The notes under the pieces were generated by a model. That model saw nothing but the letters and a program-made list of their open reading frames with translations. It ran no database searches and was not told the origin of the DNA. The position numbers and the translations under genes were made by a program. This document shows, piece by piece, positions 49,646 through 62,850 of a stretch of 64,000 nucleotides of DNA (within the stretch, counting starts at the first letter, position 1; each line of letters begins with the position of its first letter). Origin of the DNA: Ancylonema sp. (lineage: Eukaryota); assembly GCA_050230475.1 (NCBI GenBank), contig JBFLGF010000035.1, forward strand, positions 1 through 64,000. Direction: 5' to 3'.

Positions 49646-51292
49646 GAGCAAAGCGATCTTGATCTCTACAAACAGCAAGCGAAGAGCTTGTTTAAAAAAC
49701 TTTCCCAGGGTCCGCAGCAGGCATCTATAATGTCTATTGAGACTGGGCCGTACTACTTTCAGTAAGACTGACACCCTCCCAGTCGTTTGTTGTCCTCGTG
49801 AATGGTCTAGAAAGTAGACGTTCTCGGGGCTCACGGTAATGCTTGCGTGGTCACATCTCTGCAAGCTAAATGATTGGACTAGTTCAGTATTGTGGCGGCA
49901 GCCTGCAGCTGCTGCGGGGATAACTAATCCTTGCCCCCTGCTTCTTTGTCCCTCGTGAACTCTGAACAGCTATATAATAGAAGGCGGTGTATGCTACCTC
50001 ACTTTGTGCGAGAGAGCATATCCAAAGAAGCTGGCTTACCAGTACCTTGAAGACTTGCAACGAGAATTTGATAGAGTAAATCGCGGCTCAATCGAGACTG
50101 TGGGCAGGCCATATGCATTCATTAAATTTGGTGAGCTCCAAATGTCTGCAATGACCCTGTCTCGAATAACGGTACACCCTGTCATCTGTACTAGTGGAGT
50201 TGGTGAATGTGTGTATTGGTAGTGACACCAGCATATGGTATACGCTTCATCTCCCACGCATTGCACCCGGAGTCCGCCGAGGGTAACACCTCAAGAGTCT
50301 TTGGCTACGGCTAACAGATCTGCATAAGCTCTGTGGGTGCCAATGGCGCCGCGTCTGATGTCATGTTTGATGATTGTCTGCAGATACTTACATACAAAAG
50401 ACGAGAAAACTATACCTGGACACTCACACGCAGAGGAACATATCGAAGCTGAATGATGACCTCATCGAGGTTCAGCAAATCATGACACGGAACATTCAAG
50501 AAGTGCTGGGCATGGGGGAAAAGCTCGACCGTCAGTCTTTCTGCCCATCCCTATCGGATTGAAACCGAAACAAATTTCAAATTTCTACCATGCCTGTCAT
50601 GGCAGAACGTTGTGCATGGAGGTGGGATGCAAGGCTTATGGAATTGTGAAGACCACCTTATGGTCTGCATGCTGGAAGCCTCACCATGAACCATTTAGTT
50701 TTCTGTGCATTCACACAACATCCTGGCCACATGAAGGCAGAATCGTTCCAGTCAAGTGCACTTTTCTCTGAGCGGCAAGGCAAGCAGTCTACAACTTGCT
50801 CCTGGTGTGGAGGTGGTTGTAATGATCCGGTCGATGCCTCACATACGTTGTTCCCCTTGCTCTCGTTGCCTCCAGAACTGAGTCACGTCTCTAGCAGGCT
50901 GTCCTCAGAATCAAGCCTCTACGCAAAGAAGGCAAAGCAGCTGAGCCAACAGGTCAGCAAATCAATCCATACATGACAATGAAGCAGGTGTGGCACTGCA
51001 GGCACATATGTCGAAGTACAGTCAGCACTCTGTGCCGTAGCACTCTGTGCCGTAGCACTCTCTTGCAGTGAGAATTTTCTGGTTGCCTGCGATGCACCCG
51101 TCATGCACTACAAAATGAGTGCGCCACCTGTCGCAGCCCTGTCATCCTTATGCACGCTGCTCAAGCTCTGATCGTTTTTTTTATCGTCTCTGAGTGTTGT
51201 TGCAGGCGCTGTTTAAAAAGTGGGCCCCTGTGGCGATCATCTTGCTGGTGGTCTCCGGGCTCTTTTATTTCAGAAGCTTGTTTTACCGGTGA
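49646..51292 (+). CDS. SEC22: SEC22 copy 2 (lacks first 24 codons; has exons 2-5 including the TM exon 51206-51292)
   Basis: Matches copy 1 at offset 2644; last exon [28 protein letters not shown]. Confidence 0.9.
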
Positions 51293-52493
51293 TAGTCTGC
51301 ATAGTCCTTTGGCTCTTTCTCTACGCAAGCGGTTGTGCAGCCTCTCACCTCGCTGATGACATCAAGTCGCAGCAATGTCGGCTCAGACTCTGAGTCTCTA
51401 GAAGGAGGCGAAGTTAGTGTACATTAATTCGAAACGAGAGATTTGGTCCTGCCTGAATGAGAATGTGCCACTTGTTCAGTGCTTCTATATTTATATTCAC
51501 CTCACAACTGGGAAGGGGTTGGATTGTAGGTGGTTGGAGGAGGAATGTCACATTTACTACCTTGCTCTTATATTATATTGCCTTTGTGTATACATTGGTC
51601 CTGGACGTATACAAACAGTGAGGTGTCCATGTTGTCTGAACTGTAGCCTTGGCCAGAATTTGTATGAGAATTACGCAAACGAGAATGGTATGCCTCATCC
51701 CTTACGAATGTCCCCTCAACCTTCACTTTTGCGCGTACAAGTTTGATACGATTTTTGCATTAAAAAAATCATGTGACCCTCGGCACTGATTGCCTTTAAA
51801 ACAGTCACACAAATCAGGACATCAATAAAAATTAAACGTGAAAGAATACATGCGCTTGAAAGCACTTGATTGAAAAAACCAAAAGTGATGGCTAAAAAGC
51901 ACATGTAGCCATTAACTCATTTGGGGAAACGATTACACACGAACCGAGGCCCTGTCACTGTATAAGTATTTCTAACTCCGTTTTCAAGCGGTAGTTAGCA
52001 CACTTATGAACTTTGTCACCGGGAACCTTCCCCCAATACTCCTATTCACTATACCTCGTGAGACTATATGTTGAAGTCAAACACAAGCACACCTGTACAA
52101 GCACACCATGAAGGGAAGACTTTATGGTGTTTCCCATAAGACACCATATGTGTCTTATGGTAACATATAAGACCGTTTGTGTCCTATATGACACATATGG
52201 TGTCCTACGTGTCACCATACAGGTGCACATTTACCACATATTTCACCGAGACGGTTCTGATTGAACTCAAGTACGTGTTACCAGCTCGTGTTTGTGATCA
52301 GCCCAGGTACGGCGTTACATTTGGCAAACCCGCACCAATCGCAACCAATCTTCATAACTTCCACTTAAAGACAGTAAAGCATCTCTTATATGTAAGACGA
52401 AACAATTATAATACTTCTCTTCTCCACAACCGGAATCAAGTCCTCGTTTTAACAGCGAGGCAAGTTTTTTAAAGCGGCATCTATCGAAGTCCT

Positions 52494-54008
52494 CTATTCA
52501 CACTTTATAGCTCGGTATATATGTCGAACGAAAAGGAGAGAGGATCGGTACCCAATCGAACCCAACATAAGGAAGAAGCCATAGCAAACGCACGCCATGT
52601 ATCCGAAAAAGAACGAGGTCTGCATGAAGCCCTTCATTTCGGAGCGCGCCATGTAGTAGTAGAAGCAATAAGCGTAAATGAAGATCCCCGTTGATCCTCC
52701 GCACATAACCGTTCTGCAAAACCACATAATGGCCTGCCTATGAGATCTTGCTATGCAATATGCCACATTGAATACCCTCTTGTTCTTCTAATGTGACGAG
52801 GAGAGGAATGTGAGACATGAATGTTTACGATGTATACACACATGCAACCACAAAAACATGTGCGTAAGCACGAGGGGAGAGAGAGGTTTAGTCACTCCAT
52901 CCTTCCATCAAATATCGTTTCTGCATTTGCAACTTCGCAAATCTGTTTCTTTTTTCCGAGTTCCACTTCCAAAGTTGTTCACATCCTTTGCAAGTTGCCC
53001 TCCCCCTCACCTCCACCACCACTCGTGGTCCTCGATGGCGAGTTGGAAGTATGTCAACGCGATGGTGATGAACGCGGTGACGATGATGAGGATGACGAAG
53101 ACAATGAAGAGGATGGAGTAGATGGTGTATATCTTGTGCCCCCAAACCGACGCGAAAATGTAATACAACTCGATGTAGATGGCACTGAAGGGGAGGAAAC
53201 CCGCCATGCACATCTGGGATGGGGGGGATGGGGGGATGGGGGGATGGGGGGTTCAGAGTGATATGAATATTCGCAACATTCGTGTTTTGCACAATCTTGG
53301 AGTTCATTCCATACTGAACCGGACATGCAGAATACATGTATGCATGTATGTATTTGGATTGATGTATAAATGTATGTATGCATGCATGTATGTCTATATG
53401 TATGTATGTTTGTATGTATGGATACACGTTTGTATGTTTGTAGGTTTGTATGTTTGTATGTATGTATGTTTGTATGTTTGTATGTTTGTATGTATGTATG
53501 TCTGTATGTAAGTTTACGTGCCAGTATGTATGTATCTATGTGTCTATGTATGTAAGTATATACATATTTATATAATTATGTCTGTCTGTATGCATACATG
53601 CTTCTCTGCGTGTATCTCTTCATCTGTGTATACACCTGTGTACAGGTGCTCACATTTGTGCACACCTCCTCCTCACGGTTCTAGGTGCAAGACTTGGGTG
53701 TCTATACACACATAGGCACATGGATACATGGACACCCTTCACCTCCCCCCTCGATATAAGCACACGTGCGATGGTACCTGAGGCAGTGCTCTTCTGTACC
53801 AGGGGAGGGCGGGTATCTCTCGCGGGTGCTTGTTGGTGCGACACGGGGCGGAGAACTCGGCGGTGCTCCTCTTGCCCGCGATTGCGCCCACCACCTGGCG
53901 GTCCAAACCCCACACCCACGGAAGTCTTTGTGAGGTGGCTGCTACGTGCCCGGAAGCGAACTGTATGTGTTGTACATGCTTGAAATCAGGGCGGCAGCAT
54001 TTTGAGGA

Positions 54009-54057
<49 letters not shown>

Positions 54058-57000
54058 GAGAGAGAGAGAGATGTTTGATGATGGAGTCGCTGATCTGAGA
54101 AAGAAAGGGTGGTTTCTAATGATTGATTTGAAGTGTACGCGTGCAAAGCTTTTCCGTCACGGAATGAGGGAATTTTTTTTCACTGATACACAAATGAAGT
54201 GAATAAAGTGAGGGTTATAAAGTCAAATTTGAAAAATCTGTGAAAAAAAAAAGTGAAAAAAAGACGACCAGCTCTCACAACCCCAACAGAAACAGTCACC
54301 TCAATCTCACACAGAGAAGCATATCTTATCCCCTATACCTTATCCCGCATTCCACATCCTACCGTTAGTGGAAATGTGACGAGACCCCATATAAGCACAA
54401 TGATGACGATGGTCCCGAAAGGCAGCGCTTGTGAGGAATTGTAAGCGAGGGCCACTGTGTTGTTGAAAGCAAAGACGGTGAAGAAGGGGCCGCAGTAGAG
54501 GACAGCTGTCATGATCACATTGCGCACCTGGCAAGGGGGCGGGGGAGCTGGAGTCGATGTCATCCACACAGCTTTCGTCTTCACAAGCGTTCAAGCATTC
54601 TAGCATTCTGTGCATTCAGAATTTGGTGGTGGTAAAACCGCAGGCCAGCCCCAGAACACCCCCTTTCAGGGCTCACTACAACCCCTTCTAGGCTCCCCTG
54701 CTCCACCCCTCTCCCTCTCCCTTGCATGTTTGTTCCAAAAACAGAGCATTGGTCTTCCCAATCGTTAGGTTATTGAAAGAGGAATGGATACTGCAATTGA
54801 TAACCGAGTGTTCTGGTGCTCCGGCGGATTAAAAAATGGGGATTTATTTATTTTACCATCACCCATCCCAGCCCCCCTCCACCCCCCCCAAACCCCCACC
54901 CCTCTCCCATCCCCTCCCCCTACTCACCCACGCACCCCCCCCCATCTGCCTAAACAGCTGCGCCGAAACGTATCCAGAGATGCCAGCCGTGAGCGCATAG
55001 AGCACAATGCAGGCGGTGTAGGGGGCCCCTCTGTTGTAGGGATAGAACACGCCCACCAGAGCTAGACCGAATATGAAGAGGAGGAGGACGAGGAGCTGCG
55101 TGCCTGCACCGATCACGGCACAGACCAGACTGACGCGGAGGAGGGGGAGGGGAAGGAGGAGGAGGAGAGGAGGGGGGAGATGGTGAGTGGATCGGAGCTC
55201 ATGGGGAGAGATCAAGTGAAAAAAGGGGTGTTGTTTTAAAGGACGAATTTGATAAAAGCCCCAACCTGGTAGGAACCGTGAACCATAAAACCCCCAAAAA
55301 AAAAAAAAAAAAAAACCACGTAAACACAAAAACGCAATATCCAAAAAACCTACAAAGTGAGGGAGGAGGTTTTCCCCTCCCTTCCCTCACCAGATGAGGT
55401 GAGGGGGTCCTGAAACACTGCACTGAATGCGACAGACGTCATGTCCAAGAGTCATTTCACATGTCATGTCTCCTCCTCGACCTCCCCTGCCCGACCTCTA
55501 CCGCATGAGAGGGGTGTGTGACTGACTTGGTGAATGGAGGGAAGCGGAACACATCGCCATGGATGTATTTCCACCCTGTCTCCTCCAGCTCCTCCAACTT
55601 CTCCTCCTCTCGGCTGTACCTGGAACCCCATAAAAAGGGAGAGAGGGAAACTCGTCGGCGTCAGAGCACCACCTGACGTGTCCAGAGAACTAATTTCGTT
55701 TTTTTAAACAGAAGCTGCATGGGTGCTGACCTCAGGGAATAGAAAAAAAGGGAATAGAACTTCATCTCGAGTTTGCAGAATATCACAGCAGCAGAGTACA
55801 GAATACCCAACTGATCCAGCACACTGTGAACTAAGTCCCTGTTGACCTATCCATTGGCCCAGCCTCGCCCTCCACCTCCCACCTTAGAACAAGTCCAGCT
55901 ACTCCACTCTGAAGCATTGCCACACAGCATACTACGGTTTGTTTGGAATCTGTTTCCCTGAACCCTGAACCCTGAAACCTTCTCACTTGATGAAGTCGTT
56001 TTTGAGGCCGCGCATGAGAATGGTGGCCAGGAAGCCGGTGAGCAGAAACACAGTGACGCAGGAGTTGATGATGGAGAACCACTGGATCTCCAGATGCTGC
56101 GGCAGAAAGGAGTACCGCGCGTATTTCGCCATTCGCTTGTCGAACGACACCCCCGTGGCCGTCCATTTGGTGCTGAAACTGAAGTCCACGTCCACCGCAC
56201 GATCCGCCGTGATGTCCACCGTCTCCTGGGGGTCGGTGGAGACGTTGATTTCGATCACGCGGTCCCCGCTGTAGAGAATGTCGAAGTGCACGTGGGTGAA
56301 GAGGAGGAATTTACGCTCAGATCGGCCGTCGGATTCCGGTTCCTCGTAGCTTTTGCCGATGAACCCCCAAATGGGTAGGTCGTCGTAAAACATCTGTCCA
56401 TGCATTCGCCCCGCGTATCCGATTCACGAATCCGATTCGCAAACTCCGATGTCTGAGTGGTGGGAAGGGGGATCTCACCTGGAAGTAGTAGTCGTCCTGT
56501 ACCGCCTTCCGGAAGGCTCTCACGTTTTCGACACTCAGTGTCTTGGTGGGACACAGGCGCTGATGCATGTTATCCACCTGCGGACCGACCCCCCAAAAAA
56601 AGGCGCAACTCTATCCCCGTCAGCCCCATACCCGCCCGGCACATGGTCATAGAGTGCACTCTCTCGTGTCTACTTCCGACGAATCCGATTCGTTATGGAG
56701 GACATATTCGCAAACTGATGTGCTCACACCCACCCTCGTCCCTAAAGAGAGATACAAAAGAAAAAGGGGGAAAAAATGCTCTCCTCTGACCACTCTCGAA
56801 GCCCGCACCTGAAACCGCACGTCGTAGGGGGTGTTCACCATCCGGTCGCCCTCAATCACCTCCCCTAGATCCTCGAGCTTGTGAGTCATGACGTCAGGCT
56901 GGCAGAAGGGAAGGTCGTAGTACTGGTAGGTCTCACTGGAGGGAGGGCAATTCGGTAGGGATAGAAGATAGGGAGGTTGAATTTATCTTTGGCGTGATGT

Positions 57001-57447
57001 GTACATGAGGTACCAGGGCCGGACCGGCAGATGGGTGGAGAGGCGGACTGAATGCGCTTATAATGAGAGGTCATGGAGCAAGCAGCATCAGACATTCCAC
57101 GTGTCCACCTCAGAGTGGGACAAGGTCGGCATTGAGTTGCAGATGATGCATACCAACCATATTCGATCCAGTGGTTCGACAGCACCTACAAGACTCCACA
57201 TGGAACGCAGAGTGCTGCTTTTGATTGATGTACGACTGAAGCACATTTTATCACCTCACCTGGGATTGTGGAAGGGACCCACTTTGTTCGCAAACAGAGG
57301 CACCTCATCACGGAAACGGTAGGTGTGATCGCGAGTGGACAGCAAAGTCCGTAATCCGAGGTCCTGAGTGCGGGCGCCGTTGATGCCCGAGATAAACCCC
57401 CACATAATTGAATAGGAACCGAGAAGTAGAACACTGAATCTCGCCAT
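52494..57447 (-). CDS. Transmembrane 9 superfamily protein (TM9SF/EMP70/TMN), complete, 10 exons
   Basis: [78 protein letters not shown] and C-terminal IKCE*. Confidence 0.95.
53335..53600. repeat. (TATG/TTTG)n microsatellite in a TM9SF intron
   Basis: Seen directly. Confidence 0.9.
54011..54071. repeat. (GA)n microsatellite in a TM9SF intron
   Basis: Seen directly. Confidence 0.95.
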
Positions 57448-57967
57448 GGATAATAACTATCTCTTTTTTCCAGATATAATGATGTCAAACGAAAAAATAT
57501 TTGCAGCGGAAACGCTCCAGAGCGGTGTCCTTCATCAGAACAGAAGGTATCGCTCTGAAAGACCACCAATAACGTGCCACTTTGGGATATTTAAACAGCA
57601 GACCAATCGATGGCGTTTTGAACGGCGTGCTGCCGTAAAAATCCGAGGTACCCCCAGGAAGGCAACGCACGAGCTGAGTTCAGAGCATGTCCTGAAGTTG
57701 AGAGGATGAGTTGAAAAGTTCAATTCAGGGAAAGAGGTCGCCTGGAAGAAACGACAAAAGGTCATAAAAAGGAAAAAACGTGTTAAAAGAGAGTTGCACG
57801 TGTTATCTTTGCCGTGCATTTATCGTTCGCAGATATCAAAATTCATCCAAATTCATTTTTTTGTCGTTTTTAGGATATGTAGTTTCTTTACAGGCACGTT
57901 CTTGTAATGAGATGGGGATCCCGTCGTTTTTCAAATTAAAGACGCATGTTTCCTGAAATTCCTGAAN

Positions 57968-58099
57968 AATGTATATGTACATTTATATATATATATACAT
58001 GTATATATATATATGTATACATATATATACATATATATACATATATACATACATATATACATGTATACATATGTGTATATTTATATATATATGTACATT

Positions 58100-58131
<32 letters not shown>

Positions 58132-58210
58132 AATATGTATACATGTATATACATATGTATATATATACATATATACATACAATGTATATGTATATGTATA
58201 TGTATATGTG

Positions 58211-58280
<70 letters not shown>

Positions 58281-58465
58281 GATATGGATATGTGCATGTG
58301 CATGTATGAGTACGTATATATGTTCCTGTTTATGTATATGTATATGTATATGTGCATGTATGAGTACATATATATGTTACCGTTTATGTATATGTATGTA
58401 TATGTATGTATATGTATGTATATGTATGTGTATGTATGTATATATATATATGTATATGTACATGT
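57968..58465. repeat. Compound (TA)n/(TATATG)n microsatellite next to an N
   Basis: Seen directly; ambiguous base at 57967. Confidence 0.95.
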
Positions 58466-58608
58466 AAAATCCATAAAACCCATAAGGCCAGCTCACTTAT
58501 GTGAGGAAGGAGGTTGTCCCCTCCCTTCCCTGACCAGATGAGGTGAGGGGGTTCTGAAACACTGCACTGAATGCGACAGCTGTCCGGTGAGAGGGGTGGG
58601 AGACTGAC

Positions 58609-60220
58609 TTGGTAAGGGGAGGGAAGCGGAACACATCGCCATGGATGTACTTCCACCCCGTCTCCTCTAGCTCCTCCAACTTCTCCTCCTCTCGGCTGTA
58701 CCTGGAACCCCAATGAAAGGGAGAGAGGGAAACTCGTCGGGGTGTGAGCACCACCTGACGTGTCCAGAACTCACTTGATGAAGTCGTTTTTGAGGACGCG
58801 CATGAGGATGGTGGCGAGGAATCCGGTGAGCAGAAACACAGTGACGCAGGAGTTGATGATGGAGAACCACTGGATCTCCAGGTGCTGCGGCAGAAAGGAG
58901 TAGCGCGCGTACTTCGCCATGCGCTTCTCGAACGACGCCCCGGTGGCCGTCCACTTGGTGCTGAAGCTGAAGTCCACGTCCACCGCGCGGTCCGCCGTGA
59001 TGTCCACCGTCTCCTGCGGGTCGGTGGAGACGTTGATTTCGATTACGCGGTCCCCGCTGTAGAGCACGTCGAAGTGGACGTGGGTGAAGAGGAGGAACTT
59101 ACGCTCGGACTGCCCGTCGGACTCCGGTTCCTCGTAGCTCTTGCCGATGAACCCCCAACTGGGGAGGTCGTCGTAAAACATCTGTGCCCACAGCCGCCCT
59201 GCGTATCCGATTCACGAATCCGATTCGTCTATCCGATTCTCGTATCCGATTCGTCTGTTTGGGGGGAAGGGGGCCTCTCACCTGGAAGTAATAGTCGTCC
59301 TGTACCGCCTTCCGGAAGGCTTTCACGTTTTCGACACTCAGAGTCTTGGTGGGGCACAGGCGCTGATGCGTGTTATCCACCTGCGGACCGACCCATACCC
59401 GCCCGGCACATGGGCATACAGTGCACTCTCTCGGGTCTACTTCGGACGAATCCGATTCGTTATGGAGTACAGATTCGCAAACGGATACGCTCACACCCAC
59501 CCCCGTCCCTACAGAGAGATACTTAGGGGGGAAACCGGCCCTCCTCTGACCACTCTCGGTGCACGCACCTGAAACCGCACGTCATAAGGGGTGTTCACCA
59601 TCCGGTCGCCCTCGATCACCTCCCCTAAATCCTCGAGCTTGTGAGTCATGACGTCAGGCTGGCAGAAGGGACGGTCGTAGTACTGGTAGGTCTCACTGGA
59701 GGGGGGGCAATTCGCGAGGGATGTAAGTAAGGGAGGTTGAATTTATTTTTGGCGTGATGTATAAATGAGGTACCAGGGCCGGACCGGCAGACAGGTGGAG
59801 AGGCGGATTGAATGCGCTTATAATGAGAGGTCACAGAGCTAGCAGCATCTGACATTCCACGTGTCCACCTTAGAGTGGGACAAGGTCGGCATTGAGTTGC
59901 AGATGATGCATACCAACCACATTCGATCCAGTGGTTCGACAGCACCTACAAAACTTCACATTAAATGTCTTCATGGAACGCGAAGTGCCGCTTTTGATTA
60001 ATGTACGACTGAAGCACATTGCATCCCCTCACCTGGGATTGTGGAAGGGACCCACTTTGTTCGCAAACAGAGGCACCTCGTCACGGAAACGGTAGGTGTG
60101 ATCGCGAGTGGACAGTAAAGTCCGCAATCCGAGGTCCTGAGTTCTGGCGCCGTTGGTGCCCGAGATAAACCCCCACATAATTGAATAGGAACCGAGAAGA
60201 AGGATACTGAATCTCGCCAT
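58609..60220 (-). pseudogene. Diverged 3'-truncated TM9SF copy (upstream region plus exons 1-5)
   Basis: Colinear with 55526-57447 and its upstream flank; ends in intron 5 at the TA microsatellite; intron 4 is much shorter than in the complete copy. Confidence 0.85.
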
Positions 60221-60635
60221 GGAAAATAACTTTCTCTGTTTTTCAGATGTAATGATGTCAAACGAAAAAAGATTTGCAGCAGAAACGCTCCAGTGCGGTG
60301 TCCTTCATCAGGACAGAACGAATCGCTCTGAGGTACCACCAACGACGTGCCACTTTGAGAAATGTGAGCAGCAGACCAATCGATGGCGCTTTGAACGGCG
60401 TGCTGACGTGGAGATCTTAGGTACCCCTAGGAAGGCGACGCACGAGCTATGCTAAGAGCATGTCCTGAGAGAGAAGTAGAGTAGTAGTAGAGAAGTACAA
60501 TTCAGGGAAAGAGGTCGACTGGAAGAAACGACAAAAGGTCATGAAAAGGAAAAAACGTGTTAAAAGAGAGTGGCACGTGTTATCTCTGCCGTGCATTTAT
60601 CGTTAGCAGATAGCCAAATTTTCCAAATTCTGACC

Positions 60636-60830
60636 CAGAAAGTACTCGTTGTAGGCACACTAATTATAGGCCTATTTGCGTTACAGGCACCAAAATCGCG
60701 TGTACCAACTTTCCCCCGCCGAATCGTCTTCGTTATAGGCACGAGCACACCAAGTTGTAGGCACACAGAAAACGACGATTCTTTCTCTGACAGATGTGAT
60801 CACACGTGTGGGATGCTCGTGTCGATGTTC
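60636..60830. mobile_element. Partial relative of the 26504-26955 MITE
   Basis: Shares TACTCGTTGTAGG, GTTACAGGCACCAAAATCG and CTTTCCCCCGCC..ATCGTCTT with 26510-26600; right TIR not found. Confidence 0.65.
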
Positions 60831-62317
60831 TCGTTAGTGAGGTGGCACGTGCGTTTGCATTCTATTTTAGGGGTGCATTGTAGGAATAGGTTGTCTATTT
60901 GCCTAAGTTCCTAGTCCGGCATAGTGAATCCGGTCGAAACGGTAGTCCGGACGCATGTTAGTCGACACNAAGGCTGTGCGACACAAGAAAGTATTCTCCA
61001 AAAGTTTCCGTTTCAATTTCGCTTGTGACGTCAACTGCGACGGTGAACCCGACATTTGTCCGGGTTTCCTTGCGAAAATGATCTCGATACAGAATTGTTC
61101 CGGAACTGGAGCTGATCTGTTCTGCAACTCTCTCAGGGCCTCGACTACCCCTTCAAAAGACGTGCCATAGCAGGAGAACACGTCGTGAGCCCGTGATGAA
61201 TCTCGCCGCTGCGTTCGCTTTTTTGGAGAGCGAATCTGAAGATGACGAGGCTCCGATCCCACCCCCTTTCCCGCCCTCTATCGTTCCTGATTTTTTTAGG
61301 AAGACGACGGGGATAGCGATAATACGACACTATTGTTTGGAATAGCTGCATGTTATTCAGTATTCAGTCCGGGTTGTGTGGATCTGACCGTTTGAAATTA
61401 GATGAATGGTACGGTGAACGAATGGAAGGAGATGTCGTACCATATGGCGTCGTGCTCATGTCTCACGTGTGAATGATTGTATACACCGAATCTTGCCAAT
61501 ATATATATGTCACACCTGCGAATTGTGACATTTCATTACACATGAACGTATCCTTATGAAGCATGACCAAGTCGAGGTCGGATACACGTTCACATTCGAT
61601 TCTCATAAGCCATTGTAATCCATAAGTGTCGACTTAATGACAAAATGCTTTTTTTCCCCTTAAAACACATTTGGGGGCAGAGTTCTGGAGGTTTGGAGAC
61701 GCTGTTGTACATGGCGACAGCTATGAAGCACACCGCAAGGACATGGCACAACGGCCAGATGCAGTGAGTGAAGTGTGGCGTGCTGCAGACAGCGCTGGCT
61801 GACAGCTACAATGGTGTAGCACGGCAGAAAGACAAGGCAGTGGCAACACCGCAAAGAGGGCGTCAATTATAGCTGCGGAGATGTAGTTCAGTAAGAAAAC
61901 GTAGTACAGCAAAATGGCTGCAGGAGTAGCTAACAACCCTCCAACCCTCCAATTTCAGCACCTGGAAGCAGAGCTAACATCAGACATGGTTAAGGAAGCA
62001 AACTTCAATAGAAGCTCAGCAAAATCCCAGGATGAGCTCGTGCCGCAGCGGTTGAATGAGGCGGTGGATGCAACCCTTCCACTTGCACCCCTCATCATCC
62101 CGACAAGGAGATAAGGTGGGGGAGAATACAAATACCGAAAGGGCATGAGGTAAGATCCAGACGTGGAGAAGAAAAAAAAGCTCCACATGGGAAGGAGTCA
62201 CGAAGAGGTTGCCGAGTGCAGTGATGGTAGCAATGCCACAACAAGCGGAGAGAGAGACAACTGGGAATCGATACCCATCGGGAAATGAGGCATTTTGGAT
62301 TTTAATGTTGCTAATCA

Positions 62318-62850
62318 GTGCAGTAGCGCGACGGGGAAAGGTATCGGCTGGTCTGCGGAGAAGGATGGAACAGACCGAAGATCACCTTTGCGCCGGGCTA
62401 TTACGAAATGATCCGGCCTTCTCACTAGGAACACATTTGACGTGCCACCAAGCCTTATGTGCTTCGACTAGTGGACATCAAGCCGAGTGTGGTGGTGCTA
62501 ATGGAGGGGAGTGACGTTGTGGGCTGGGAGGAGCTCCTGAAGAATGTGGCTCACTGCCCCCTTCCCACTTTGGGCACAAAGATGTATCCTGCACGGAATT
62601 TGCAGGGGCCTTTGGTGCATTGTCGGGTGTGTAGAACATGACATTGGGCGGCTAAGATGGTGCTCAGTGAGACTTGTGAAGTTGTCAAACGACCCATGGA
62701 AGTGCCGTGACACAAAGGTTAGTACAAATACCCCATACTATTACTGAGTTTGAGGATATTCTCTACATTGAGCCTCATCGTCATAATTTTCATGGAGAAA
62801 GCCTTTCCTGGTCCTCCATTTTATGGTGCAGAATCGTATCCAATTACATC
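62318..62850 (+). mobile_element. Decayed Gypsy remnant of the same PHD-integrase lineage as 1-2860
   Basis: Across frameshifts reads ERYRLVCGEGWNRPKITFAPGYY..RNT..YVLRLVDIKPSVVVLMEGSD..KNVAHCPLP..CRVC..KMVLSETC..WKC, aligning with ERYSLVRGGEWAKPKASFAVGDY..KNT..HILRIVELRASGVVILEGSD..KDVAHCPLP..CQQC..NMVLCDGC..WKC. Confidence 0.85.

Noticed and set aside
55956..55980. (GAACCCT)n telomere-like repeat in a TM9SF intron
   Set aside because: Only about three degenerate units, too short to call an interstitial telomere.
57936..58541. YIYI/CICI/MYMY ORFs
   Set aside because: Translations of TA-rich microsatellite.
60903..62200. Short ORFs possibly from a transposase or gag
   Set aside because: No diagnostic motif; could be TE debris but cannot be supported without a search.
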